NCBI RefSeq assembly: GCF_000143415.4
Contig: NW_003314290.1
Coordinates: 1,045,586 to 1,109,585 of the forward strand
DNA length: 64,000 nt
Direction of reading: 5' to 3'
From: Selaginella moellendorffii
Lineage: Eukaryota > Plantae > Lycopodiophyta
Under the pieces are notes generated by a model. The model saw only the letters and a program-made list of their open reading frames with translations, ran no database searches and was not told the origin of the DNA. Of the stretch, positions 1 through 11,464 are shown piece by piece (position 1 is the stretch's first letter; every line of letters starts with the position of its first letter). The translations under genes were made by a program, and so were the position numbers.

Positions 1-335
1 GACAGTCTCTACTGATACAGCAGCATTGCCTTCCCCAAGCCTTTGACAGTGTATAACAAAGTTCCGATCCATACACACAAGGGTCCCTTTTGCAACTCTC
101 TTCCCACCATTCAAAATGTAAACCTTTTCCCCAACCCTAAAGGCCATTCTGAAAGTGCAGAAAAGAAGTTAAGACCATACAAAAAATGATTGAAGAATGG
201 CCTAAATCATAACATACCAAACAACCTCAATAGCATGAGGCCACATGCCATTATTCAAACATGCTATTGACACCCACGTGAAATTTCGCATTCACAAAAT
301 TGGCATGAACCCTCATGCCATTAGTGGTACCACTA

Positions 336-527
336 ATGGCATGAGGCCTCACGCTATCTTTGGCCCCTGCTAGCCTGTTGCTATATTCCTTTTGCCTTGC
401 TGCAACTGTATATATTTTTGTGTGCGTGACTAGTCACCCATACAAAAATATATACAGTTGTAGCAAAGCAAAAGGAATATGGCAATAGGCTAGCAGGGGC
501 CAAAGATGGCATGAGGCCTCATGCCAT
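336..527. repeat. 192-bp loopless palindrome capped by two copies of the 22-bp motif
   Basis: Centre GTGACTAGTCAC at 426-437; arms are reverse complements with only a few mismatches, mostly transitions. Overlaps a second palindrome, 301-356, centred on GGTACC. Confidence 0.95.
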
Positions 528-719
528 CTTGATATACACACAGCTGCAGGCAAGTAAACACATACATGACAATACGCTAGCCATGAAATTGCAAGGGCCC
601 AAGATGGCATGTGGCCTCATGCCATTTCTAAATGTGGTCCTAAGCCATTCCATGGTGAACATACCAGGAAGCACAAGTGCCGAATATCAAGAGGAAGCAG
701 TAGCCACACCAAAGACAGT

Positions 720-850
720 GCTGCTCGCAACACTGCAACTACTCGTAGCGCCGCTCGCAACACCACAACTGCTCGTAGCGCCGCTCGCACAAACTGCCAC
801 TCGCATAAACTGCTGCTCGCAATGGCGCTCGCAATGCCGCAACCGCTCGT
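720..850. repeat. Short degenerate tandem repeat (GCTCGCA/GCTCGTAGCGCC units)
   Basis: Repeated gc(c/t)gctcgcaacac...actcgtagcgcc units read directly. Confidence 0.7.
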
Positions 851-1648
851 AGACGCATAAACCACAGCTCACAACGCCGCTTACACAAGCAGCGCTCACT
901 GCGCTCAGCAGAACCAAGAACACGGCGCACAAAAATGATCGACCTAGGAATGAGTTCGAGAATTCAAAAATAACACACGCTTGAACGTCACATCAAATCC
1001 TCTGACAAACCAGATCTTATGATTCCTCTGACAAATTTCAAACTGAGTAGCTTCTAGACTTTGCTGTCGGACGTTGAACTTTGTCACATCATGTCCTTGC
1101 CTCGATCCAGCTGTGCCATGTCAGTGATTCGAACTTTGCCATGCCATGTCAGCGATCCGCACCAAGATTATTCGCCGTGTAAAGGAATAATTATGCTGTG
1201 TGTGTACGTCCATTTATGGCAATATAAGGCCATACGCCATTCAAAGAATAATGCTAGTCGAGCATTTTTTGGTGCATTTTTGGGTTCAAAATTGCATGAG
1301 CCCACACGCTATAAAGTTTACCTGTACCAAAAATAGAAACAGCTTTATTTACTTGGGAATTTAAGTGGTTGAGGCATTTTTAAACTTACAAACACATGCC
1401 CTACTTACATTCCTTTGGTTGCTTAAAATTCAAAAATATTATAAACCTTTCTTTTTGCATTTTCAATGTTTTCAATTATGGTTTTTGATTTTCACAGGAC
1501 CAGCCTAGTAATCTATTTGCATCATGTCATGTTTATAGCTAGCTTTCGTTTGTCCCCTTCGCTAGCCTGAGATACATCTGCTCGGCATCTGCCTCTTACA
1601 GCATTTGCCCAGAAAGGGCATCTTTCTTCACGCAGCATTTGCCACATG

Positions 1649-1667
1649 TTTAGGGTTTAGGGTTTAG
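1649..1667 (+). repeat. Interstitial plant telomere-like repeat (TTTAGGG) x2.7
   Basis: tttagggtttagggtttag. Confidence 0.6.
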
Positions 1668-3186
1668 CAATTCAGTAGCTTGATAAACATGCAAATACAG
1701 AACTTGATGCAAAATCCTTTGATATGTCACAATGCCCCTAGGACCATAAACACATTTCAATAGAGAGATCCTTATGTAGATCTTGGTGAAACCAGAGTTA
1801 GTGAAGTTAATTTCTTGTGATCTCGCATCTGATTGTGATGTCCCTTTGTAGTGTCGATGGAAAGGTCAATGCACACCAAACTGTAAAATCTTGAAGCAAA
1901 ATAACGGTCGGATCTATGGCAAATGCCCCTGAAACATTGTAAGGCTCGTGTGGTCTCATGTGGTGTCCGATTGAGATGCTTCTTTGCAGGGTCATCAAGA
2001 AAGACATTGTATACCATTCTGTAAAATCTAGTTGCGATCCAACGGTTGGATCTCCAGAAAACTCAAAACATTCTCGTGCGTGTCAGAATATTCTAGGAAT
2101 ATACTCCTATGTGCCCCTGAAAATGGCATGCAGCCCCACGCCATTCAAGAGATAACGCCAAATGACGCTGAGCATGTTTTGGTGCATTTTTTGGGATCAA
2201 AATTGCATGAGCCCACAAGCTTGAACGTCACATCAAATCCTCTGACAAACCAGATTTTATAATTCCTCTGACAAATTTCAAACTGAGTAGCTGAACATAT
2301 GGCATTTTTGGAAATACAAGATGCTTTGGAATATCCAATCATGCATGGTATAAATATAGCGAGGGTATTAAATGATATCCCAATCATGATCTTTCTTTTG
2401 GATTTCGCGTGCATGCAGTCTGAGGAATGATGACGTTGCGGATTTCTTTTGGATTTCACGTGCATGCATGCGCGCGGCGATCCAGAAATTAATGGTGGCG
2501 CCCAAGTCCAAGGAATGATGACGTGGCGGGATTACCAACCGTCGTGACATTTCGCGCGTGTGAGGTTAAGTTTTGCATTTTGCTTCGTACTCGCGCTCGC
2601 ATCGCACTCCCACTCACGATCACGCTCACATTTGCGCTCATCTACCTTCTCTACAGGTTTCTCGTGTGCATTGGCGTCCACTCGCGCTTGCATCACACTC
2701 GCGCTCGCATCGCGCTCGTGTGCATCGGCGTCCACTTCAAGACACACCCAGTTTGTAGCTTCGCCGCCAACTCCGCCGCCCACTCTGCCACCCACACGCA
2801 GCCCACTTGGCGTCCCGGGAGATTTCAGCGCCACTCTCCAACTGTAAGTGGCAGAGTAGCCTTGCTGCTACGATCCGCTGCACACACAGTGCACATTCGC
2901 CAGCGAGTCCAGCCTCGATTGTCACGGCCTCCATTCGGCTTCAAATGGTAAGTCTTTTAGGCCAAGTAGAAAATGGCATGAGGCCACATGCCATTCAGTA
3001 GCAACATTGGCATGCACCGATTGGGCTCTCAAGTGCAGTCCGGTTACAGATGGCGTGTAGCCTCACGCCATCTTAGGATGCAGCCTCAAGACATCTGATG
3101 CAGTGGTGAATGGCGTGTGGCCTCACGTTATTTCCAGCTGCTAGCTTTTCATCTGTCAGCTCTAATTGTTGTGCATTTCTGAACAG

Positions 3187-6100
3187 GCGAGGAATTGCGT
3201 TCTTCTTCCAGCCACTGTCAATGTGGATGCAGAGAAGGGGGAGGAGCTCACCAGTTGGACTTTCGGGATGGAAGGCGAGGATCTGAGGCTGTACAACACA
3301 GATGGTGGGAGAAAAGAATGCATGGGGATCCTCATCCAAGTGACAGACACTCCATGCAGTTCCATGCAAGAATATGGACTGGCACTTGTGGTAGAGACAG
3401 CGTCCGCCTTCAAGATCCACCTTGCACATCCTAGCGGCTTCCCGGAGGGGGGCAGCGGCTATGAGGAATTCCTAGAGGGAGCTAGGGAGAGGTTGTCCAG
3501 GAGGCCCACAATTTCAAAGACGCTGCGGGTCTATGCAGATCACATGGAATCCATGGACCTCACCTACGGCGATGTTCAAAAACTATATTCCAACATTGAG
3601 CCGTTGAGAGTGCCTCCAGTTCGCGAAGCGAAGGGGAAGGGGGTTGATCTGGAAACTACCCCGAAGCAGAAAAGGGTGGTCAAGCTCAAGTCGACGTCCG
3701 ACTCTCTTGCTCCAAAAAAGAAGCTACTCGGTGATGCCATTGCCTCGGGTTCGAACACTACACCCACAAAAAAGAAGAGCCGCAAAGAGCAGAAAGAGCA
3801 AGAAGAGGCAGCAAAAATCGTCGCAGATAATAGTACTTGTTACTATTCCAACAAAGTATATACAATCGACGTGAGCCGTATCGACATCCAAAGCAAATAC
3901 AACCACAGGCTAGTATCTGATGAGTGGGTGGAGAAACTGAAGCAGAAGATGCTGGCAAGTCTAGTAACACCCAACATCGCAGACGTGATCCCCTACTACC
4001 GAACAATGAAGGGCGAGACGAGGTTTCCAGACTTGATCAATAGGAAGGTGTTGGACGATCAGAACATCCGGTTCTATGCCGTCTCCGGGCAGCATTCTAG
4101 CTTGGCGATGCAAGAGATAGTTGTGGATATTATGGTGGGCGAGGAGGTGAAGAAAGTCTTCAAAACAAGAGTTGTCCGCCTGATAAAAGGCAACTTGCCC
4201 CTCCGATCTATCATATCCATCTCCCACACGCAGAATGTCAAGCAAGAAACGTGCTACAAATCGAGTCTGCATGAGACATTGGCACGAACACGGAAGCTCT
4301 GGGTTCAACTGAAGAAGCCACAAAAACCAGGACAAGGACGTGCACTAGCAACTAGCGCCTGGCAGGTAAGCCTCGTTGCATGTGGCATAGCATGTGGCCT
4401 CACGCCATTTCCATTGCAGGAATTCTCGAGTCTTCTCTTGAAAACACTGGGGGTCAATGACACACTCAGCATCCATAACATTCTACTCGCGACAAAAGTT
4501 GTTTTTGACAAATGGGTAGATGTGCTGAGGAGGTACCATGACGGGGAGTTGCTAAACTCAATGGGTGTGGAGGACAGCCGGAAGCCCAATGATTTAAAGC
4601 TCAACGCCTTGCGTTTCTCGTGGTCTCTAGATGACAACGACCTTCTGACAGTGGCTAATGCTCTTCTACGTGGTGAGGTAGTCTTCAACAAGACCAAAAT
4701 GACTCCCGGCCATATTGTGACATACGAGGACTTGTGCACGACTCTGAGAGCTCGTGCGCTATTGAAGGATTGGATCTTCGAGCAAGTGGCCGTGGAGAGG
4801 GTGAGCATTGACACCACGCAAGAGATGATGGAAGAGCTGGAATTGTCAAATGAAGACATCGACGAGTATGTGAAGGGGGCCCCCAAGTTCATCGATCTGC
4901 TGCGGGATGCCACGAAAAGTAAAGCTGAGAAGTTGGATCAGTATCCAAATTTCATTAAGAGGGATGTCGACCGCCGGCTTCAGAAACAGCTCGACCCCGC
5001 AGCAGAGGCCTATCGAGAACCTTACCGGGTATACATGAATTCGGATAAGGATAAAAGGTGGAGGAGCATCGTTTCCCGCGGAGATGAGCAGGTCAAGAAC
5101 ATCTTTTGTGTGATGGACTTCACAAACGAGGAGATCACTCATGCAGACGAAGTCAACTCCATCATTGACTTAATGGTGGGACTTGCGGAGGTGGAATCTT
5201 CAATCCACTATATGATCTACGACTCCGAATCCTATCACAAGTTCTGGAAAGCCTTGAACGAGGTGAAGGCTCGGTTGAAAGGCAAGGAGATGCAGGAGAT
5301 CCATGGGATAATGGCTAAGAAGAAGATACCGACGAATGTCCGCATTTTCACACTCACCCTTGTTATTGGTCCTGTAGCAGAGTGGGACTGGAGTGACTTC
5401 CCAGCTTCGTTCGACAAGGCCGATCGAATTGATCTGAGGGAGGTCAATTTACCCGTGCCTGAGGAACTGAAGACGGCTATGGAGCTTTTGAATCCAGAGA
5501 AAGCTCCAGGTGCAGCATGGGAAATGCTTAGCTGGGTCTTCAACGCAATAGTTGCTTCCGACTCCAAGGGCAAATGCGTTGTCGAGTACAACTGTGGCAG
5601 ACAATTCTTTCGAGCCGCACTACTCAAGGGTGTCCCGTGTGTTGTGGTGACAAACTCCATTGAAGAGGTGACTTCAATGGAGCATATAATTACAGTTGCC
5701 AAAGAAAAACAGTATCTTCTCTGCGAACTTGGTGAGTACGCACTTTAAGTTTAAATGTTATCTCACAAGCTCTGTATGCAGGAGCGTGGCCACCCCCAGA
5801 TGCTGAAACGGCGTTAACAGCTACTGTTGAAGATACCCATGTTAGGCCAAGCTCACAACCTGCACAAGGTAAGGTCACGTGAGGCCTCACGCCATTTTGA
5901 TTATAGATCGTTGTGAATATTCAGACACGAGGATTGAAAAACACACTGGTGGCGCGTCGAAGAAGGACAAACAGACAAGCAATAGGAAAAAAGGAGGTAC
6001 AAATTATATTTGCAATGGCGTGTGGTCTCATGCCATTCCTTGCAGGAGACACTTCTTCAAAGGCAAAACAGGCAAGCACCAGCCAAGCTCAAACTGACAG

Positions 6101-7645
6101 TGGTCATAAAAAGCGAAAGCACGTTGGACAGTCGTTGGGATCAGAGGCGTTTGATTCGAAAAGGAAGAAGGGCAACGGAAAGATGATAGGTAATGCCTCG
6201 CGGTTATGGCGTGTGTGCTCATGCCATTCATTGCAGATCAAGGGCTGACTGAAAGCAGCCAGTCACCACCTCCTAACTTAGATTCCTATGGCGGACTCCC
6301 CTTCCCCAATCTCAATGGAGAGGTACAATGGATGAGGGATGCTTTTCAAGTCAGGGCCACGTTTTTCTCATCTCGTCGTCTTCGAAGGGTGCAAGAACGT
6401 GCAGAAACCATGTTAAGACAGTCGGGTGAGGATACGGTCCTAGGTCATGCACTAAAACAGGCTATGGATGTCTTGTATTTTGAGATGGAGACTCGGCCAG
6501 ATGATTTTCCCAAGATGGTCCTGGAAGAACAAGCCATCCAGCCTGAGCAGCCTATGGAAGAAATGCAGGAGGGGGATGAGGAGCCAGAGAAAGATAATGA
6601 GCAGGAAGAGCAGAAGGACGAAGAGGAGGACAAAGAAGAGGAGGACGAAGAAGAGGAGGACGAAGAGGACTTGGATGGTCCTCACAATGGTGACAATCAC
6701 AATAACGACGACGACGATGATGACGACGATGGCCAGCCTGAGGTGGCCAAAGAGCAGCGGAGGAAGGTCATACAAGACAAACCATCAAGTAAATAATAGT
6801 ACATCCATTCCTAACCTTTTACCATTTCTAACATTGTCCATGTAGGTTGCAAAGCAAATGGTAAGTAGAGATTATTCAGTTGAATTAAGATACAAACTCT
6901 AGCCTTTAGTGTCGAGGAAGGATAGTGCCAAGCAAGGGTCGAAACGTATGTCCAATCCTTCAGAATCAGCAGTGCGCCCAAGTGATATCGGTCCTAGTTC
7001 CTCAATAGCAGTTGATGGTAAATACAGTATAGTCGATTCAATGTGCTAATGAGTTTGTTTTTAGTAGCACGGGAGGATACCATCTCAATCGAAGGGAGAT
7101 ATTTGGACATGCATATGGATTCGCCAATGGACTCTACTTGCCTGCAAGAGTCATCAGAGCTGGTGGAGGCTACTATCCATATCAACGCCAAGCAAGCTGA
7201 CCACGCTCCACTTGATGCTGCCCATACCACTGAGTCAATCTTGTCCACGTATCCAACTGACGGTGACCAGGCGCCATTAAACCCGCATAAGGCCGCCCCA
7301 GCCGCCGAGCCGGTCGTATCCTCATTTCCAACGGACTCAACGTGTGCTCAATCGTCTGACTACGCGCCGTTGGAACCTCCCTACACCGCCCCTGCTGCCT
7401 GTTTGGTCATGTCCACTTTGCCAACGGAGGCACCAGCTGAAATGGCGTGTGATCACACGCCATCGGAACCACCCCATGCCACTGTTGAGCCAGTTGTACC
7501 AGAGTCTACAGCTGAAATGGCATGTGCCCACACGCCATCGGATGCGATTGACCCCACATTGCAGAGGAGAGTATTTCCGCCCTTCACGTTTCCTCGACAA
7601 AACCCTCTCAACGACCATCGGGAGCACCATTCGCTAATATTGTAA
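3187..7645 (+). CDS. Multi-exon element-encoded protein: ParB/Srx-like domain, degenerate permuted (beta-class) amino-MTase-like domain, acidic low-complexity tail; 5' exon(s) uncertain
   Basis: 860-aa ORF 3166-5748 (acceptor at 3186) with an in-frame intron 4366-4419. Phase-1 GT-AG introns 5732-5781, 5869-5924, 5997-6045, 6190-6236, 6789-6845, 6861-6909 and 7018-7064 keep one open frame. Motifs VYTIDVSRI..HRLVSDEWVEKL..FYAVSGQHSSLAM (ParB-like) and KCVVEYNCGRQFFRAALLKGVPCVVV (resembles VLDPFxGSGTTxxAA...GR). Domain calls by eye. Confidence 0.6.
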
Positions 7646-7695
7646 ATGGTAAAATTGACTTGTACCATTTTTTATGCTGACGCATTTCATTTCAG

Positions 7696-8558
7696 AGTCA
7701 CGACGAAGGTACTGTATCGTTTTTGATCTGAACGGTGTCCTTTTCTCCCATGAGCGTGGCTCGTCCTCGAATGTCACTGCACCCTCCAAAGCCTGCGGTC
7801 GCAAGTTGGTCAAAAGAGACAGATTCACATTAATCACACGGGAGAAACTGCGGGATCTAATAATGACCATGTGACACTTAAAACAGAGGGCCGGGTTCAA
7901 TTTGCAATTGGGAGTTTGGACATCCATGATGCGCCACAATGCATTAACGTTGCTACAGATGATGCACGATCAGACGCGAGTAATATTACCATTTGACTTT
8001 CTCCTAACGCAGGAGGATTGCTTGACTATGGTCCATGTGAGGGGTAGCAAACCCATCTTCGTCAAGCCAGAGGCTGTAGTGATGAACCGGACTGCTAGGT
8101 CAAGTGAAATCCTCATCATCGATGACTCACCAATTAAAACTGTAGCGAACACGCACACATATGCAGTGCACCCCATCTCTTGCAGTATGGAAACTAGGGA
8201 GAAGAAACCGTATGTTCTGGGGGACCTTGCAAAACGGCTTGGAGCGATGGTGATAGAGAACCGGCCAGTCCAGGAGGTGGCTGTAGAAATCAACCAAATG
8301 GCAGATAGAATGGTATATCAGAAGCCATTTGATCGGACAGACACCAGTCATCATTTATGGCATGTATATTGTCTAGCCAAGCACTATCCGCATCTCCATA
8401 ATCTGCTCAACCGGATGGGTTCTTTGACCACTGAACATGAGCGTGGACGTATTAGAGAAGAGATGGCATTACTATTGGGTTTAAATCCTGATAGTGTGGA
8501 GAGTGATGAAATTCCAAGATTATTGTATAGGCGTTGGAGGCAAAAAATAACAGTCTGA
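7696..8558 (+). pseudogene. FCP1/NIF-type HAD phosphatase-like exon with an in-frame stop
   Basis: CIVFDLNGVLF, LGVWTSMMRHNA, KPIFVKP and ILIIDDSPIKT motifs. ORFs 7674-7874 and 7902-8558 share a frame, separated by one TGA at 7872-7874. Acceptor ttcag ends at 7695. Confidence 0.8.
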
Positions 8559-10405
8559 GATGGCATGTATTTATTTAAAAATGTAACTTATTATGGCATG
8601 GGGTTCCATGCCATTGTATTAATATTAAAAGACAATTCTTTGAGAGGATTTGCATTATACTAGAAGTGTTACAGCATGTTATTGGAAGTCTACGAAGTTG
8701 TTTTATTAAAAAGGGGAAAGTAAAGATTGAATGGGGACTTGGGCTCCACCTAGACTCGGAGCAACTGAGCCAATATTAAAAGGATGGAAAGAAATTAGAC
8801 GACGATGACAAGGAGAAGAGAGAGGTGAAGCAGTGGCAGGGGGAGGAGAAGTGATTGAGTAGACATTTCCTTGTTTAAAATAAAATGGCATGTGCCTCAA
8901 TGTAGTTGAATTTTGTTATATTTATATACTATATAAAGGTTTGGAAACCTTATTTTACAAATGGGATAATGACAATTCCCACTTTAACGAAATAGAGCTT
9001 TATGCGAAACACAACGGACTCATATACTACAAGCAAACGAGGGTGTATGTTCCAGAAGGGGAACTAAGGAAGGTAGCCTTAGAGGAGTGTCATGATGGAC
9101 CTCTTGTAGGACACGGTGGAGTGCCCAAGACGATGGGCTTACTCAAGAGGAAGTATCACTGGCCAGATATGGCTAAGGATGTCCAAGACTATGTAAAGAC
9201 ATGTCCAACATGTCAGCAGGTCAAAGCCGTGACTAAGGCTAGTGGGGAAAGCATCCCAATTCCAGATCATCCGTGGAAATGTCTTACGATGGACTTCATC
9301 ACGGGACTACCCCCAAGCGAAGGGTTCGATGCGATATTCGTGGTGGTGGATCAATTTTCGAAGATGGCACATTTCATACCCACAAGTATGGGGTATTAAG
9401 TCAAGTTGATGGCACTAACACTTCTTGACAGACGGACAAACGGAAAGGGTGAATAGGCAGCTTTGCAATGCTATGTCTCAAGAGACCAAACCGATTGGGT
9501 AAGTCATTTGGGACTTGCGGAAATATGTTATAACAACTCACCACATTCGAGCATCGGGGTGAGTCCATAGGAAGTCATCAATGGGCGAGCTATTGAAGGT
9601 CCTATGGAACTCAGCGTGGCCGAGTATCATGGAGAGTTACCCGTAGTGGAGGCATTCACAGCGGAAAGACTCAGCATTTGGAATTTAGTGAGGGATTCCT
9701 TGGAACAGGCTCAACAAAGGCAAACCAAGTACGCAAACCAGAAGCGCCGGGACGTAGAGTTCCAAGCTAGGGAGAAGGTGTGGCTGAACACCAAGAACCT
9801 CAGGCTACCAAGTGGGATCAAACGGAAGTTAACCCAAAGGTAAAAATGCATGTATTCCTGTAAATAAATTGATCTTGAGTTCCTTAAGCAGGTTCGCGGG
9901 GCCTTATGAGATTGAGGCTCGAATCAGTAAAGTGGCTTACCGTCTCCGACTTCCTCGAGAGATGGGGAAGATGCACCCCGTGTTCCACATGAACTTACTC
10001 AAGCCGTACTTTGAGGATCCGCTTCGCAAAGACCAAGTAAGGCCTTTACCTGAGGTTATCCAAGGGGAAGAGGAATACGAAGTCGAGGCCATCCTCAATG
10101 CGCGCAAGAGCAAGCGACAAGGACGCGAAGTGAGAGAGTTCCATGTGAAGTGGAAAGGATTTCCACACTGCGAAGCAACATGAGAACCGGAGGAGAACCT
10201 AGTGAATGCGCGAGATCTAGTGAAGGAATTTCTGCAAGGCAGAACTCTATGTACTTATGCAAAGTTCAATTAAAAGTATCAATTGGTGAAGTTGAGCAAT
10301 GGCATATGTTGGGACCCGAAGGCACGCCAAAGGTAAACTAATTAGCATGGGTTAGCTACGTCGACCAGGCATAGGGAGCTACGCCCAACTCCCTACGGGG
10401 ATGTC

Positions 10406-11187
10406 TGTAGCGCATGTGATCATGGGATGAGATTTGGATATACTGTCACCGTGGATCTTTGGAACCTTGGGGGATAAATGGGGATAAAATAGCCACTAAA
10501 GGCTCTCTCATCAAGCAATTACCCCTTTTCCAGTTGGCTTAAGGGGAGAGAGATAAGGTGTGCTACAGTTGGTATCGGAGCAAATGGCACGGGTTCGATT
10601 CCCATTGATTAGTGGCTACTTAAAAGTATAATATACCCTTGAGCAAGGTATATTCCTACCCCTAAATTTGAAATCGTACATATTGGGCATCCATACGTAC
10701 GTCCTTCCTCTTGTGTGGTGTATCCACGGACGAAGGTATCTACCGTGGGACTACGGTACGGGTGGATGACTAGTTGCCTCACATGGAATAGCTGGTCTGC
10801 ACAATGGAAGGATTGGTAGATTGAGTGCGGAAATGGAGGTGCTGGTTCCCCTTGGCTCAGTAGGGGTTGCTAGTCAATAGTCAATGAGGACATTGACATC
10901 TCTGAAGGGGGGGTGAGTGTAGCGCATGTGATCATAAGATGAAATTTGGATATACTGTCACCGTGGATCCTTGGAACCTTGGGGGATAAATGGGGATAAA
11001 ATAGCCACTAAGGGCTCTCTCATCAAGCAATTGCCCCTTTTCCAGTTGGCTTAAAGGGAGAGAGATAAGGTGTGCTACAGTGAACCTTGGGGGATAAATG
11101 GGGATAAAATAACCACTAAGGGCTTTCTCATCAAGCAATTGCCCCTTTTCCAGTTGGCTTAAGGGGAGAGAGATAAGGTGTGCTACA
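10406..11187 (+). mobile_element. TRIM (terminal-repeat retrotransposon in miniature) with an extra partial LTR
   Basis: 162-bp TG...CA LTRs at 10406-10567 and 10918-11079; PBS TGGTATCGGAGC at 10570; PPT gaaggggggg before LTR2; partial third LTR 11082-11187; TSD ATGTC at 10401-10405 and 11188-11192; empty site in copy 2 near 16531. Confidence 0.93.
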
Positions 11188-11464
11188 ATGTCGAATCCGT
11201 AGACGTATTCTACAGAGGTTGGGTTCGAGTCCCAACCCCCTAGTAAAGCAAGGTTGGGTTCAAGTCCCGACCCCATACTAGGGCGTGGTTTGGTGAGGAG
11301 TATAGGGACACCTATATTCCGTTGTCATGGGCTCTTGGCCAGGGAGGCTGAGTTAGGCACACCGCTAAGTGGGGGGATGCCCCCGGAGACATGGTCAACA
11401 AGTCGTAGGATCAAAAGAGAGACGTTTGATGTGGGCATCGAACTTCTTCTATGGGTGGTGGAGT

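Larger units (their letters stand above)
230..8614. repeat. Dispersed 22-bp imperfect palindrome ATGGCRTG-N6-CAYGCCAT, about 18-20 copies
   Basis: Copies start near 230, 300, 336, 506, 604, 2123, 2973, 3050, 3110, 4387, 5874, 6015, 6206, 7442, 7517 and 8593; degenerate ones near 1216, 1291, 2202 and 8885. No convincing copy noticed beyond ~8.9 kb. Confidence 0.92.

Noticed and set aside
230-625. CRISPR-like reading of the clustered palindromes
   Set aside because: Irregular spacing, variable repeat centre, no cas genes, eukaryotic context.
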